Assembly (NCBI GenBank): GCA_002811645.1
Contig: PDIP01000012.1
Location: 54,452 to 118,451 of the forward strand
DNA: 64,000 nucleotides
Direction of reading: 5' to 3'
Source: Corallochytrium limacisporum Hawaii
Lineage: Eukaryota > Protista > Pluriformea
Shown: piece after piece, positions 9,801 to 19,084 of the stretch
Numbering within the stretch: position 1 is the first letter of the stretch
Layout of the letters: each line of letters opens with the position of its first letter
Translations under genes and position numbers: made by a program
The notes under the pieces: model-generated
Database searches by the model: none
Told to the model about the DNA's origin: nothing
The model's input: the letters and a program-made list of their open reading frames with translations, nothing else

Positions 9801-12317
9801 ATGCGCCAGTCTGCGATCAAGCGCTTGCAGCAAGGTATGGCTGAGTTGATGGCCGCCACAGCGTCATCCACGTCCACCGTGGACCGTTCCGCAGATCTTC
9901 GTCGTATCACCGCGTCCCTGGGTGTGCACTCTGGCATAGCCAAGTTTCTAAACTGCACTGAGGTTAACGTTGGTCTCGTCGGACTCTGCCACACTTGGGT
10001 CGAAGAGGCATTCCGCATAGGACATGGAGTCTCGGATCTGCAACGGACCACTTCGAGCCGCCCTGGATTCGGTGCTATGGATGATGACCAATCCACCGCC
10101 AATAGCCATTCGGGCCTCAACCCGTCCACCACCGCTGGGAATACCGTATTGGATACGGTGGTGAGTAAGGAGCAGGTTGTAGCCAGCGAGAACCGGATGC
10201 GTTCAACATTGTGGGCGCTTATGGACGGTCTCCGGGAGAGCCTGATGCAGGGACTGCCCTGGTGCGGTGAAAGCACAGCGTCGCTGGTAGAACTGTCGGC
10301 GAATTGGCGCCAACGCGTGCAAGAGGCAGCCGTGCCTTCGACGGACAGCGCAGTGCAACGGAAAAGTGGTAGTGCGACCGGCTCGGACCCTGTCAATGTG
10401 GACAAGAAGAGAATCAAACGATACGTTCGCGAAAAGGACGGCACTGTGCGCGAGGTGATGGAACACTCAGGCGAGCAGCCAAAAGATGGAAGGCCCAAGG
10501 ACACCAGTACGAATGTCGTTGCCGATCACCAGTCTGTTGTGGAAAGACAGCGATATGCGCTCTTCGAAAAAGGACTGCTCCATGCCCCGACACAAGGATC
10601 AAATGCTCTACCCTGCGGCGTAACTCGCCTTGTTCTGCAATGCATTCTTGCTGGCATCATGAGCCGAAGTGTGGGAGCGCAAGCATTTAATGATCTTGAC
10701 CTGTTGTACTCCGGAGTCTCTGTGAAGGAGCGGGAGGCGTTTTCCTCGAACATAGCGGCCTATCTGCCGCTCGTGGAGCAGAGTTTGACAATGTCACACG
10801 CACTGAGTCCAACCCAATATGCTGCGAACCTCGCGGAAACGGCCGAAAGGCTCAGTGAGGGCGACATTGTCGTGTCTTTCCCGTCTGTTCTGCCCGCACT
10901 CGTGGAAGCAGACGAAGGGTCGGCGGCGCATGGTGCGACCACCGGGAACGCAGCAGCTGCTGCTCCGGTCCTCCACTGCACAGAACAATCCGCTGCCTGC
11001 GATGTGGCGCAACGTCTACGCTACTTCAATGACCCCGCTGTCCCCCCGAAGCCCATGGTCAGCGGTGCGTTGTCTTTGCTCGCGTCACTGATTGATCTCC
11101 GTTTCGGTGTGCGGGTGACTAAGCCGCTGATCTCAGAACTGTTTCTTTCCAGTCCGGCTTTGGGAACGCTCGCTGTCCAGAACTTCCCCAGCAGCAAGAT
11201 TCTGATTGATCGAACGCTGCAATCAGACCGTACCATCTTTGGTGAGCAAGTTCTTGCGAAAGTGCCTATCTCTGTCCAGGTGGGTGGTGCAGTAGGGAGT
11301 GCAGTGGCCAACCTCTTCGTACCGGGAGCAAGCAAAGGATCATCGGAAGCGGCGGCCTTTGAGCAGATTAGGCACTGGCGGAGGCTGTCCATGGCTCTGC
11401 TCGCATCCGAGATGGACACTTACGTCAAGGAGCTGCCTAGTATTCTGGAGAAGGTAAGTGACGTGCTTAAGGCGGTGACAGAGCATTTGTTGAAAAGAGA
11501 GGTCTTCCTCTTGCTGCGGGTTATGCTGTTGCGCTTCAGTGCCGGAAATCAGGGCAACATTTGGTCTCTCTTAGTGATTGAGCTTATCCGTGCCTTGCAG
11601 TATGCGGAAGGGCGCTTCAACCAAATTGTTCATGACGATAATCATCAAACTGTGCCGTCGTCGTCAACTAATGGCACGGCGCAAATTATGCACGAACGGG
11701 CTGATGCCGAACCCGTTGTCCGATCCGGCTGCTTGGCTTCGACCTGCAAAGCGCTTGGTATGCTCGTACTTATGCGGCCAGAGGCTTTCTTACTCCACGA
11801 ATGGATATTCCGTGATGCCGCTTTCATGCATCATGATCTGGCCGGGGTCAGTCGTGGATCGGGACAGGACAACGGTAGCAACGCTGCCAGTAAGCATATC
11901 AGCGTTAAGAGCTCGAAGCCGCGCTACCCAGAGTACGTACCAGTGGGTCATGTTTTTACCAATCTCATTGACGTGATGGGTGCAGCGAGTGGGAAGGAAC
12001 GGCACTATCTCGGACTGACCTCCTCGGAGTTCACATTGGACGCCCCGGCGGACCCCTCGGTGACTGAGGAGGGCATCAGTCATGACACACGCACTGCACT
12101 CCTGGGTTGTGACTTGGACGTGCAGACTCTGCACTTTGCGCCCTTTTTCCGAGCCCTGGCGCGGTCTGTAGGTAGCAGCAGTGATACAAACAGCGCCGGA
12201 GCAATCGACGCGCAGCCATCTCAGTCATCGACTATGAGATACCGGAGGTTGCTTGAGGCAAGTGTGCGGGAGGATGTCTGCCGTACGGCAGGGGCATTTG
12301 CATTTTCATCGGTGTAA
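3843..12317 (+). CDS. DOP1: Dopey/Dop1 family endosome-Golgi trafficking protein (2824 aa)
   Basis: Dopey N-domain: SFESCKEWTDLIAFLSRLLK, KRLAQCLNPELPYGVHLKTLEVY, LPGLEEGSE. C-terminal VFLLLRVMLLRFS...W..LVIEL. Confidence 0.92.
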   Translation: MSSRASPRAPNRDLTREYKAFDESLKKILRSFESCKEWTDLIAFLSRLLKCMEQYVPVLRRLLHKQAVCKRLAQCLNPELPYGVHLKTLEVYDVIFSDVEQERLVQDIHLYGLGLFPAFAGATITVRSALLTFYRQRMLPLASSLTNVLPGLIPAMLPGLEEGSEHMNETTQLLSDICAVTGVGKVVTTLWNVISDGMQYRLQALDFINLLLTSPTMAKRAGIGFTTLPSQFQEEPEGELVESGHDAETTGGEGRAFDRTMGMALLAAKGHSIPACISGLLAGLEDSQILIQRVALDVTSRLIDLTKEEQAFREEHIVRAVAASLEVLQRLNSGLTRRLYAWWLNNVNGGGMDGPGFETIPDITKRRIVSGIIRVLKKPLWDMGLEKPFEVERAALESTTSKAAAKHIQRTAKALVLVFSRHDAVIAFMPSFLREVFMTILQGSELVANAQEGEGSAAGQISVLRAQEVSKLVDLMLINVQKLIEGTDATMVWSVLTEIWEDRQFDTLALLNLLISSEFIMPEYYADDGAVIFLEQLFKYVKQILEQEGSAFDMIHSDTMLSAIFAVCNEIFHNIVCITAGLKLKERKHRQRSQSPAFSDTDNIRMSPMQETSEQAHPQVMMKRSGSFFHEEMMAYEEVKSILYDGPPDRGWTAHGLIARQQGRLLELILMYCGFAQRLFDSRLQLFESQEAQFWYTGEDFDMVARPFFTLAAKVNALWYILEKCDAIQSQTFVSKTQWNASAGWVDAVTNFIIKYAKPTFTSDLLTPEDACDVFRESAEDTRETHIVVLSTIRFLINLMTINSELPVTASVDGDVECPFGARLYQRIHVHGRLNLIMAGFLWRLLCPDLRPNINNGSPARYLALLNDLSDSREPEMIIGRVLNCGTGLKSTISVLEESGNGRVFVEDLNTVVGRAIETYGMFFKLTKGIVVYPSFARPTLLMLDLLTSGSAGGMNSDMNQRLLVVIEDMILVQTTALQVNARVHGEDDATLQFARLMDPLMSILLEPSNIGINRANSPNEATLGSARPVLYSERRIHAALKILLLFMRQRLDLIAMMTLLTPVTGVYIEVLAQGQLDILRIVNAAGSGARQKLSDTSDRKVQQELSIAAQHSLQLKSPCRTMFDVIVLATVLIVQAEAPMRRNQSASDLAHELIDYSSTRLLALEVLAECMAGIALCIQRQSDSQDMRHMRVIKSLTNSAIYNNRVAFLRYYVVLLQDVILSTDKTRTDADMARAHNNHAQYFADVLIKSIFMIIGLPYTNLEEHSGRSTQLAEPSHGEKSSHDDLQGSRISMTSPHFNHLRTAGTSVQSLADVFASGVDCYEASHAILQAVRQFVIENRRGSTVSVVTMWLQHASSLPRVLPTGPALDAYHRCFQLVCDGLQTVRSDLMAHTQSLKNEIRIFDSLREQQRRSLARQSQRKAATPLPVGSELPPRLTETACFKELPMPLVTMNVLQELMNMLRTMLEAGMVASDIDEIKAWEIVRQKQMMGSRDGHSFSLDNGGLLGRGRVIDDADLVAGKTTDTDTSDGKGFFGNLFGSKSAEEKDARAKSHSVPQDDNHGALPEHALTQPNVGDSNLSIWYTVRSTVLQWRRNESRMDTQQLAKAGSHWILPVLDRTCAMWEHCEELCTSLQNKAGKAIARNRSMPQTPMPARLRRRSGTTDHLLSTGGDRTLLHTEESDSKLLAALNQEDLLLYGRSRAVQKQAIEILARVFWLDRHRCVATVLQLLDFFDTPQLLSELAKEHIFAMNTGKSAKVEDKADTAQSKLRHVMLRMLLGSKICDLSTLIRTIRELILNMRSGKTSVPIAPNDEQADPMVKEETAMTSPKTRKASTAADPRGSVRASEQGKVARSREAIATAFKQQQHAATATSVLYTVFSSTEASLLPISDRVRLEVSAIRLVEDAVQWFLIQRRQTWQLLGSSARPSARGAAKNDSLPLSKAEYVDLQGMICSFVSEVQVSADSIMGVGSAYGSAAKKDTSAERMRQSAIKRLQQGMAELMAATASSTSTVDRSADLRRITASLGVHSGIAKFLNCTEVNVGLVGLCHTWVEEAFRIGHGVSDLQRTTSSRPGFGAMDDDQSTANSHSGLNPSTTAGNTVLDTVVSKEQVVASENRMRSTLWALMDGLRESLMQGLPWCGESTASLVELSANWRQRVQEAAVPSTDSAVQRKSGSATGSDPVNVDKKRIKRYVREKDGTVREVMEHSGEQPKDGRPKDTSTNVVADHQSVVERQRYALFEKGLLHAPTQGSNALPCGVTRLVLQCILAGIMSRSVGAQAFNDLDLLYSGVSVKEREAFSSNIAAYLPLVEQSLTMSHALSPTQYAANLAETAERLSEGDIVVSFPSVLPALVEADEGSAAHGATTGNAAAAAPVLHCTEQSAACDVAQRLRYFNDPAVPPKPMVSGALSLLASLIDLRFGVRVTKPLISELFLSSPALGTLAVQNFPSSKILIDRTLQSDRTIFGEQVLAKVPISVQVGGAVGSAVANLFVPGASKGSSEAAAFEQIRHWRRLSMALLASEMDTYVKELPSILEKVSDVLKAVTEHLLKREVFLLLRVMLLRFSAGNQGNIWSLLVIELIRALQYAEGRFNQIVHDDNHQTVPSSSTNGTAQIMHERADAEPVVRSGCLASTCKALGMLVLMRPEAFLLHEWIFRDAAFMHHDLAGVSRGSGQDNGSNAASKHISVKSSKPRYPEYVPVGHVFTNLIDVMGAASGKERHYLGLTSSEFTLDAPADPSVTEEGISHDTRTALLGCDLDVQTLHFAPFFRALARSVGSSSDTNSAGAIDAQPSQSSTMRYRRLLEASVREDVCRTAGAFAFSSV

Positions 12318-12467
12318 AAGAAACTTCATCATTGTTTGTAGATCATGACTTTGCTGAACACTTGTAATCAGTAGTAATGGTGTGCAACCGCCCAAGGAAT
12401 AAAGATTCGCAAAATCCTATGCCGGTAGTTAGTTCACATGCGTTCATGTTGAGGGAACAGTCGGGCA

Positions 12468-13673
12468 CTATTGCTCTGTCTTGACATGTGCTCGGCGACC
12501 TTTCTGCCAGAACTGATGTGCTTGACTCTCACGACTGCACAAATCGTCCCAGACTCTCTGCGCAATATCGCGGAAGGCACGCGCTGTTTCTGATCGGCTT
12601 GCTTCAGCGTCGGTGAGCAGTAGCGGCAGTCCCTGATCCCCAGCGTCCGCCAATCTTGGTTCGATTGGGACGTCTCCAAGGAAGTTCAGTCCGAGTTCCC
12701 CAGCTAGATCCTTAGCACCGTCCTTGGATCCGAAGATTCGGTGCGATTTGCCGCAGCTATCACAGACCAGATGAGACATATTCTGGACCAAACCGACAAT
12801 CGGTACGTCCGTCTGCGCAAACATGCGCACACCCCTGCGCGCGTCACCAACTGCAACCTCCGGTGGAGTACTTACTACTACTGCACCATCGACACACAGG
12901 TCCTGCGCGATGGTAAGCTGCACGTCGCCAGTGCCTGGTGGCATGTCGATGATTAGTAAATCGAGGCCCGAAGAATGCTGCGGTTTCTCATCTCTTGGCC
13001 AAGCCACACCACGTAAAAGCTTCTTTAGAGCCGACATGACCATCATTCCCCTCCACACCACCGCATCTGCAGGATCCATAAGGAATCCCATGCTCATGCA
13101 GGTCAGCCCATGGTTTCGTAGAGGGATCAGCCTCCCTTGACCGTCGGACAGGCACCGCTGCCCCTCCAGCCCGAGCAAGCGCGGAATGGACGGTCCGAAA
13201 ACGTCCGCATCCAGAAGTCCGACTCGCAGATCTGCCACTGCGCGATGCTGAGTGAAAGGATCCTTGACACCACCATTGGCAAGAATGAACGCCAGATTGG
13301 CTGCGACCGTGGACTTTCCCACCCCGCCTTTGGCACTGCTAACGAGCAGTATGCGGTCGATGCCCGCGATAGGAAGCCTGGCCTGCCAGGGTTTCTTCTT
13401 CTTTTTGGCCTGATCTGCGTCAGCAGGTTCTTGTGGCGATGCTCGAATACTATGCCCGGACACGTGGTCGTTTGGGTTGTGTGCATGGTCTGAAAGTGGT
13501 TTCTGAGACTCATTCTGTGGTTGACTAGTTGGTTTGCTTTTGAACGGATTCCAGATCATTTGTAGAGTGGGGCTGGAATGGAGCCTCCTCCGCTGGATCG
13601 CGACCGCCAGCGGTCCTGATGTCTTGGTAGTGCTCAATCGTAGTGCCATGACAGTGCCAGCTACACGTGACAT
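12468..13673 (-). CDS. NUBPL: Mrp/NBP35-family P-loop Fe-S cluster transfer ATPase, mitochondrial Ind1/NUBPL type
   Basis: SSAKGGVGKST, DADVFGPS, VWRG, DMPPGTGD and CxxC. Basic, hydroxylated N-terminal presequence from ATG 13673 (the ORF track starts at TTG 13760). Confidence 0.88.
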   Translation of the reverse strand: MSRVAGTVMALRLSTTKTSGPLAVAIQRRRLHSSPTLQMIWNPFKSKPTSQPQNESQKPLSDHAHNPNDHVSGHSIRASPQEPADADQAKKKKKPWQARLPIAGIDRILLVSSAKGGVGKSTVAANLAFILANGGVKDPFTQHRAVADLRVGLLDADVFGPSIPRLLGLEGQRCLSDGQGRLIPLRNHGLTCMSMGFLMDPADAVVWRGMMVMSALKKLLRGVAWPRDEKPQHSSGLDLLIIDMPPGTGDVQLTIAQDLCVDGAVVVSTPPEVAVGDARRGVRMFAQTDVPIVGLVQNMSHLVCDSCGKSHRIFGSKDGAKDLAGELGLNFLGDVPIEPRLADAGDQGLPLLLTDAEASRSETARAFRDIAQRVWDDLCSRESQAHQFWQKGRRAHVKTEQ

Positions 13674-14366
13674 TTTTGCCCGAGTAACAATGGTATGTTC
13701 ATGACGCTCTTGCGCTCCCGTATTCGGGAGGTCATCATACACTGTCTGTCCTTCATGCAATTAGTCCGTGGTCAGGGAACGGTAGTTCAAGGCAAAGTCC
13801 TCAAATAGAGCCGCGATCACACCGTGTCATTTCGGTTGGGCGTATGCGTACCGGGCCGGGTGTGCTCTCTCGATTCACGCCGCAGGCCGTCTGCGACTTT
13901 CCGTGGTGGAAGAGGTTGAGAAAACAGGGGTGCCGGTGCGGGCTCGGCGTGACACACAGTCCCTCTCTCGCTCAGCAACGGCCTTGTTCTGATTTTGCTT
14001 TGGCTTTAGAAGTTCACGGAGGGGACTTAGAGGGATGGTCGGGTGAGCCAGAGGAGGGTGAACCACCAACGGTATGTTGGAACCGTACAGAAGTTGTGGG
14101 ATTGTCCAAACGCGATGGGTACTTCTTTGGAAGAGCAACCGGGAGTCTGTTGAATGGAGACTTCCAATTGTTGTTAGGAGGACTGTATGATCTCACTGTA
14201 CAGCCAAGTTCAATGAACTTTGTTTCCCCATGAGTACGCGGAGCTCATAGTACGTATCTCACCGCCGATAGAGGATCAAGTGCATGAGGGTCACAAAGAC
14301 AAGGATTTCTGCGTTTGGATCTTGTTCGTTTGAATCAACAAATCTAAGGATTCTAATTTCAAAACC

Positions 14367-15941
14367 ATGACATCTTCGCCACGTATCATCACTGCTGCTG
14401 TTTCACTGCAGAACATTTCCTCCGATACGGATGGGAGCATCGAGGCAAAGACCGACATCATGCGCAGCGAGTCCTATGTCCGTCAGGCCCGGATGGCCAA
14501 TATCAGGAAGCGACCTGTGTATGAGACTGGGAATCCGGTGCTCTTTGTCGTGCGTATACTCCTGATTGTGACCTTGGGTCTGTGGGAAGTCATCAAGGGT
14601 ATCGCGCGCCGGATTCGCAATGGGCCTGGAGACGTGCCCCCTATGTGGCGCAAAGTTGGCATCCTTCGTCAGATTGAGCTCAATATGAGCCGACCGTCAG
14701 CTGGGAGTCCATACATTGCCGCGGCTGACTTCAATCGCATTGCAGAGCCGGCAGCGCAGGCGCTGTTCGGCCGCCCGTACAGTCCTCTGTTTCCTGGGCG
14801 TGATCCGAAGACATTCACAGCGAGCGGTTCAGTGCCTGCCAAACTGATTCCGCCTGTTGAGGGTGATGATGAGTACGCCCCCGGCCGCAATCTAATTGAC
14901 CATCGCTATGCGAATCGATCGGATGACATCGAAAGTAGTGTTGGATCAGGATCAGGACAAAATAGTCACAATGGTCACAAACTCCATGCCACTACAGCCG
15001 TCACCGAACAGTCCAAAGTCCACCGCCCGGACAATCCTTCTACGGATCCTGTTTACTACGAAGGGCTCTGGATCGGCTACAACGCCCCCAATCCCGCAGT
15101 CCATCCTCTCAGTTCCCAGAGTTCAGTTCTCTACTTTCTTCATGGCGGCTGCTATTCACAGTTTAGCTCCAAAGTTTTTCTGCAACAGCTGCTGGACGTG
15201 CAAGCGGCATACGGCCGAATGCACGCCGACGGCAACGATCCAAGTGCCTTCCTGCATATTTTCAGCCTCGACTATGGCCTCTGTCCGCATCAATGCCAGT
15301 GGCCCCAGCCGCGGCGTGAGGCAGTTGCCGGCTATCTCTACCTCACACAGACTGTGGGTATCGACCCAAAACGAATTGTCATCGCCGGCGACTCGGCAGG
15401 AGGCAGTCTTGCGATTGCCACTGTGCGATATCTGCGCGATTTCTTTCCAGCGGAGATGCAGCCCGCTGCCCTCGTGCTTATTTCACCGGTAGTCGTGCTG
15501 GAGGCGCGCTTGACGGAGGCAGTAGACAAGGATCCTTCTATTGGGGGCGACGCGCTGGACGCAGCTGGATTGTGGCACATGCGGGAAGCTGTTTACGGGC
15601 CTTTAGGGCGTGACCATCCGGCCTTTGATAGCAGCAACCGCGACCCTTACTTGAGTCCGGCGCTGGCAGAGGACGGAAATCGGTACTTTCCACCGCAGCT
15701 TGTGATGTACGGTACGGGGGAGATTCTCAGGGACCAGATCGAATTGTACATTGAAAGGTGTCGGCGAGTGGGAAAAGCCGCACACAGAAATCTACATGTG
15801 GTAGTCGCAGAGGACATGCCTCATGACTTCCCCTTGCTGCCAAGAGCCGGTGACTACTATAAAGAGATCATTGCCGCGTACATCGCTGCACACGGAGTGG
15901 CCGTCCCTGAAAGGGCATTTGAGAGTTTGAGCCTACAGTAG
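14367..15941 (+). CDS. alpha/beta hydrolase, HSL/Abhydrolase_3 type (Say1/Mug180-like lipase or esterase)
   Basis: YFLHGGCY oxyanion motif, LDYGL, GDSAGG nucleophile elbow, EILRDQ, C-terminal PHDF histidine and an N-terminal hydrophobic segment. Confidence 0.85.
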   Translation: MTSSPRIITAAVSLQNISSDTDGSIEAKTDIMRSESYVRQARMANIRKRPVYETGNPVLFVVRILLIVTLGLWEVIKGIARRIRNGPGDVPPMWRKVGILRQIELNMSRPSAGSPYIAAADFNRIAEPAAQALFGRPYSPLFPGRDPKTFTASGSVPAKLIPPVEGDDEYAPGRNLIDHRYANRSDDIESSVGSGSGQNSHNGHKLHATTAVTEQSKVHRPDNPSTDPVYYEGLWIGYNAPNPAVHPLSSQSSVLYFLHGGCYSQFSSKVFLQQLLDVQAAYGRMHADGNDPSAFLHIFSLDYGLCPHQCQWPQPRREAVAGYLYLTQTVGIDPKRIVIAGDSAGGSLAIATVRYLRDFFPAEMQPAALVLISPVVVLEARLTEAVDKDPSIGGDALDAAGLWHMREAVYGPLGRDHPAFDSSNRDPYLSPALAEDGNRYFPPQLVMYGTGEILRDQIELYIERCRRVGKAAHRNLHVVVAEDMPHDFPLLPRAGDYYKEIIAAYIAAHGVAVPERAFESLSLQ

Positions 15942-16178
15942 CCAAGTCGAAGCATTGGAATTGATCAATAAAGTTTCGTGTTTTATGGAAACAAGATTCT
16001 GGCGGCACTGGGGCGTTGCGGTCGAACCTAGGTCACGACACGAAGAGACAGAGAATTCTACCAAAACGTCACATTCGTGGGGAACATTCAACAGAGCACC
16101 AACTAGATTACAAGACATACGCCCAAAAAAATTGAAGACTCCGATAGGTAAACGGTCAGTGTGTCTGAACGGCAATTC

Positions 16179-18716
16179 TTACATTTTCAGGATCTGAGCC
16201 TGCGGGAGGGACAGGGCAGGGTGTGGTACGATGGGCATCTCCAAAGCCTCACCAACAGCAGCTGCCGCGCTATTGCTCCGTCCGTATAGCTGGCTCATGC
16301 TTAAACTGTCCACAATAATTGCATCATGGAGGTGAGTTGCGAATTCGTTGATGAGAATTTGCACTCCGCACTCGCGATCTTCTTTGCCGACCATCACTTC
16401 AGTCAGGTCCGTGCGCCCCGTTATGACCATGAGAAGGCTCTTGTAGGTCGTGCATAGTGTCTCTAAAGCTGCCATCATGGCGTGCCATGAAGCTGTCATG
16501 GACTTCAGGTCGCGAAAGGCTACACTATCCTTTGATGACAAATCCCAAGACGATTCGGGGCCGAAAAAGGCTGCCAACATCTTGCCATGATACGGGAGCG
16601 TGATGAGACACCGTTGCTGAACATTCAGCAGGGATATGCCAATGTCGGCCGGCAGAGTTGATCCTGTTGTCTTTTGTCCACCTGCCACCCTGGCTATGCT
16701 CTCCTTCGCGGATCGCCAGAGAGTGTCAGAAGCCTGGTGGTTCTCTGGCATAGCATAGAGTAGGAAGTCATGTGCTGGGGTGTCATCGTCCATGGCCCCA
16801 CTGTTGGTCGCCGCATTCCCCGCACTATCTCCCACCGGCGTCGTCGAGAAAGACCTTCGGGCATGAAGGTTGTACCATGGCACAATTCTGCGCTGTCTCG
16901 CAAGCTCGGCCAGGGACCCGGGTACGAAGAAGGAGAGTCCCTTGATCAACAGCGCTGCCCTTTCAATTTCCAGATCTCGCTGCTGTTGCTGCTGTCCTGT
17001 TTGTGTATGCTGATCCAGTTTCCCGACGCCGAGGTCCGGTCGGGCCAGGACAATGACTGGCCTCTGTAGGAGCAGGGCAAAGACAATATACACTAGCACC
17101 TTCTTCCGCAACCCAGAATCCAAGAGAAATTGAAGACCCGGTATGAGGTAACATTGACGGCAGAACTTTGATTGGACGTCCATGCTGTTGCCGGATGCCG
17201 CTGATGATTCATACCATTCTTTGACAGCAGCAGATCCAGCTACCGTACATGGCGAGTGCCAGAAACCATTTTCTGCACGCGCATGTGAGGAGACCATCAC
17301 TTCCGCAACTCGACTACCACGGAAGACATCATCGATCCAGTCATCTCGTCCACAGGCGGACTCAACTTCACGCAGCAGATTTTCAATGCCTCCTTCGCGG
17401 ATGAGTGAGAGAAACCCGTCGTTGAATGCGGTCATGAACTCTTCATAGACGCACCTACCAATGAGGTGGTGGAAAGGATCCAGGTCTGTGTCGTTAAGAG
17501 ACGTTTTTTTCAGCGTTTCAATCAAGATATGTTGAGCAGGATCATGGTGACTGTTGTTACAGTTGCTGTCGTCTCTGTTGTCGCCAGACGGGCTGAACTG
17601 ATCCCTCTGCTTGGTCAGAAGATAATCGATAACGTCGATTAGAGTCCTCCTTAGCTCCGAGTGATATTCGGTAAGAATACTGCCACCTTTAAAGTCCTGA
17701 TCGCTGTTGACCTTGTACACCTCTAACTCTTGTCCGTCTCTGCTTTGCCAAAAATCGTGCAGGATAGCTTTGATTTGCTTATGTGTAGTACCCTCCGCCT
17801 TGCTCCGCGTGGCCAGGAAGTCCATGTACTTAGATTGGTCTGCTTCCACCGCAGCTATGTGCATGTTTACATTTAGCGGGGTAATCTCTGTCTCATGGCC
17901 ACGGTCTAGCTGGGCCAGAGAAAGGCCACGATCTTCGGTGGTGGGAATGGTGTGAAAATTGTCTGCGTCGACAGAGCCGGTGAAGGATTGCGCAGTAAAA
18001 CGCAGATTTCGGAGCCTCGTTTCCGCCTGCGCTACAACAAAACACGCATTCCCAATGTGTGCCCGATCCACCAATGAGGAAAATTGATCAAGCACATTGT
18101 GTTCTTGGATATGTGCTTTGGCAATATCTGCAGTGACATACGCCAACGCAAATCTCCGGCTCAGTCCTCGTGCAGCCAGGTCGCCAAGGTCAAAGAAACG
18201 GATCAATGCTACGTGGCCAGGTTTCTTTCGTCGATGGATTCGCACAGTACCGTTACCCGTGTGTTCGGCAGTGATGATGTTGCTTCGTTCTGTGCATTCT
18301 TTATCCTCGCTTCCTGGCGCCATAGACAGAGTACTCGCGTACGCTGAATACAGTGGTGCAATACTGCTTATCTGCATGCAGAGTTCGTCAAGATCCCATC
18401 CCTTTCTAGTCTTGCCGCTTCCACCAGGATGCTGTGCGTCTTGGGTGAAAATTGCCTCCTGTCCCTCGCCATCTGCCAACTCTTCTTCGTGAATCCCGGC
18501 AGGGTTGCATTCTGTATGATCGGTGCCACGTTCCCCAGTCAAGACAGACGCCGTTACGTTGGACTGAGTTCCTTGTCTGGTTTCGTACTGCTGTCCGTCT
18601 TTGGTACCGAATCTATCGACAGCCTGTTGCGGCACAGTTGCGTTATCTTCTCGAATGATCACAGTCCGAGGCCCTTCATACTCTGACAGCTCCACAAGGA
18701 GCAACAGGTCCCGCAT
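16179..18716 (-). CDS. folliculin/SMCR8-family longin-DENN protein, most like SMCR8
   Basis: N-terminal LLLVELSEYEGP. FFDLGDLAARGLSRRFALAYVT resembles the SMCR8/FLCN 'L.D..ARG..R.F' motif. ALLLQRPVIVLA is a DENN core strand. Confidence 0.7.
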   Translation of the reverse strand: MRDLLLLVELSEYEGPRTVIIREDNATVPQQAVDRFGTKDGQQYETRQGTQSNVTASVLTGERGTDHTECNPAGIHEEELADGEGQEAIFTQDAQHPGGSGKTRKGWDLDELCMQISSIAPLYSAYASTLSMAPGSEDKECTERSNIITAEHTGNGTVRIHRRKKPGHVALIRFFDLGDLAARGLSRRFALAYVTADIAKAHIQEHNVLDQFSSLVDRAHIGNACFVVAQAETRLRNLRFTAQSFTGSVDADNFHTIPTTEDRGLSLAQLDRGHETEITPLNVNMHIAAVEADQSKYMDFLATRSKAEGTTHKQIKAILHDFWQSRDGQELEVYKVNSDQDFKGGSILTEYHSELRRTLIDVIDYLLTKQRDQFSPSGDNRDDSNCNNSHHDPAQHILIETLKKTSLNDTDLDPFHHLIGRCVYEEFMTAFNDGFLSLIREGGIENLLREVESACGRDDWIDDVFRGSRVAEVMVSSHARAENGFWHSPCTVAGSAAVKEWYESSAASGNSMDVQSKFCRQCYLIPGLQFLLDSGLRKKVLVYIVFALLLQRPVIVLARPDLGVGKLDQHTQTGQQQQQRDLEIERAALLIKGLSFFVPGSLAELARQRRIVPWYNLHARRSFSTTPVGDSAGNAATNSGAMDDDTPAHDFLLYAMPENHQASDTLWRSAKESIARVAGGQKTTGSTLPADIGISLLNVQQRCLITLPYHGKMLAAFFGPESSWDLSSKDSVAFRDLKSMTASWHAMMAALETLCTTYKSLLMVITGRTDLTEVMVGKEDRECGVQILINEFATHLHDAIIVDSLSMSQLYGRSNSAAAAVGEALEMPIVPHPALSLPQAQILKM

Positions 18717-19084
18717 GCTTCTTAATGGAGTCGTTTCCTGTCAGTGCGTCATTTCAAGTAGGATATACCACCGAGGCCTTTACATTGTCCTCCATTTCAC
18801 ATGATCTTTGGCTGATATCGAGTGGAGTGCACTTCATTTGTGCTTTCAGTCGAAACCGCTGGTTGGTGAGGGAGACCACCAATTTCTACCCGCGTCCGAA
18901 CGTTGTCCTAACACAAACGCTTCACGCCACTGAGCGTCTGGCAAAGATGGGGGGAGGGGTGGGATACACAGTAGCAGCACTGCAGAAAAAATATCTGGAA
19001 GTTAATACTAGTAGTATGAAGAAATGTATTGAACGTTCGAGTCAAATTGCCTGTTCGGGTGTCACGCACACACCCTTCAGTCAT

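Noticed and set aside
16001-16124. tRNA-like fragments on the minus strand (GGGCGTA..., GGTAGAATTCTC, CCTAGGTTCGA, ...ACGCCCC) between two convergent genes
   Set aside because: The T-arm cannot be completed, and there is no anticodon stem or BHB motif. It lies in 3' UTR space and is probably coincidence.
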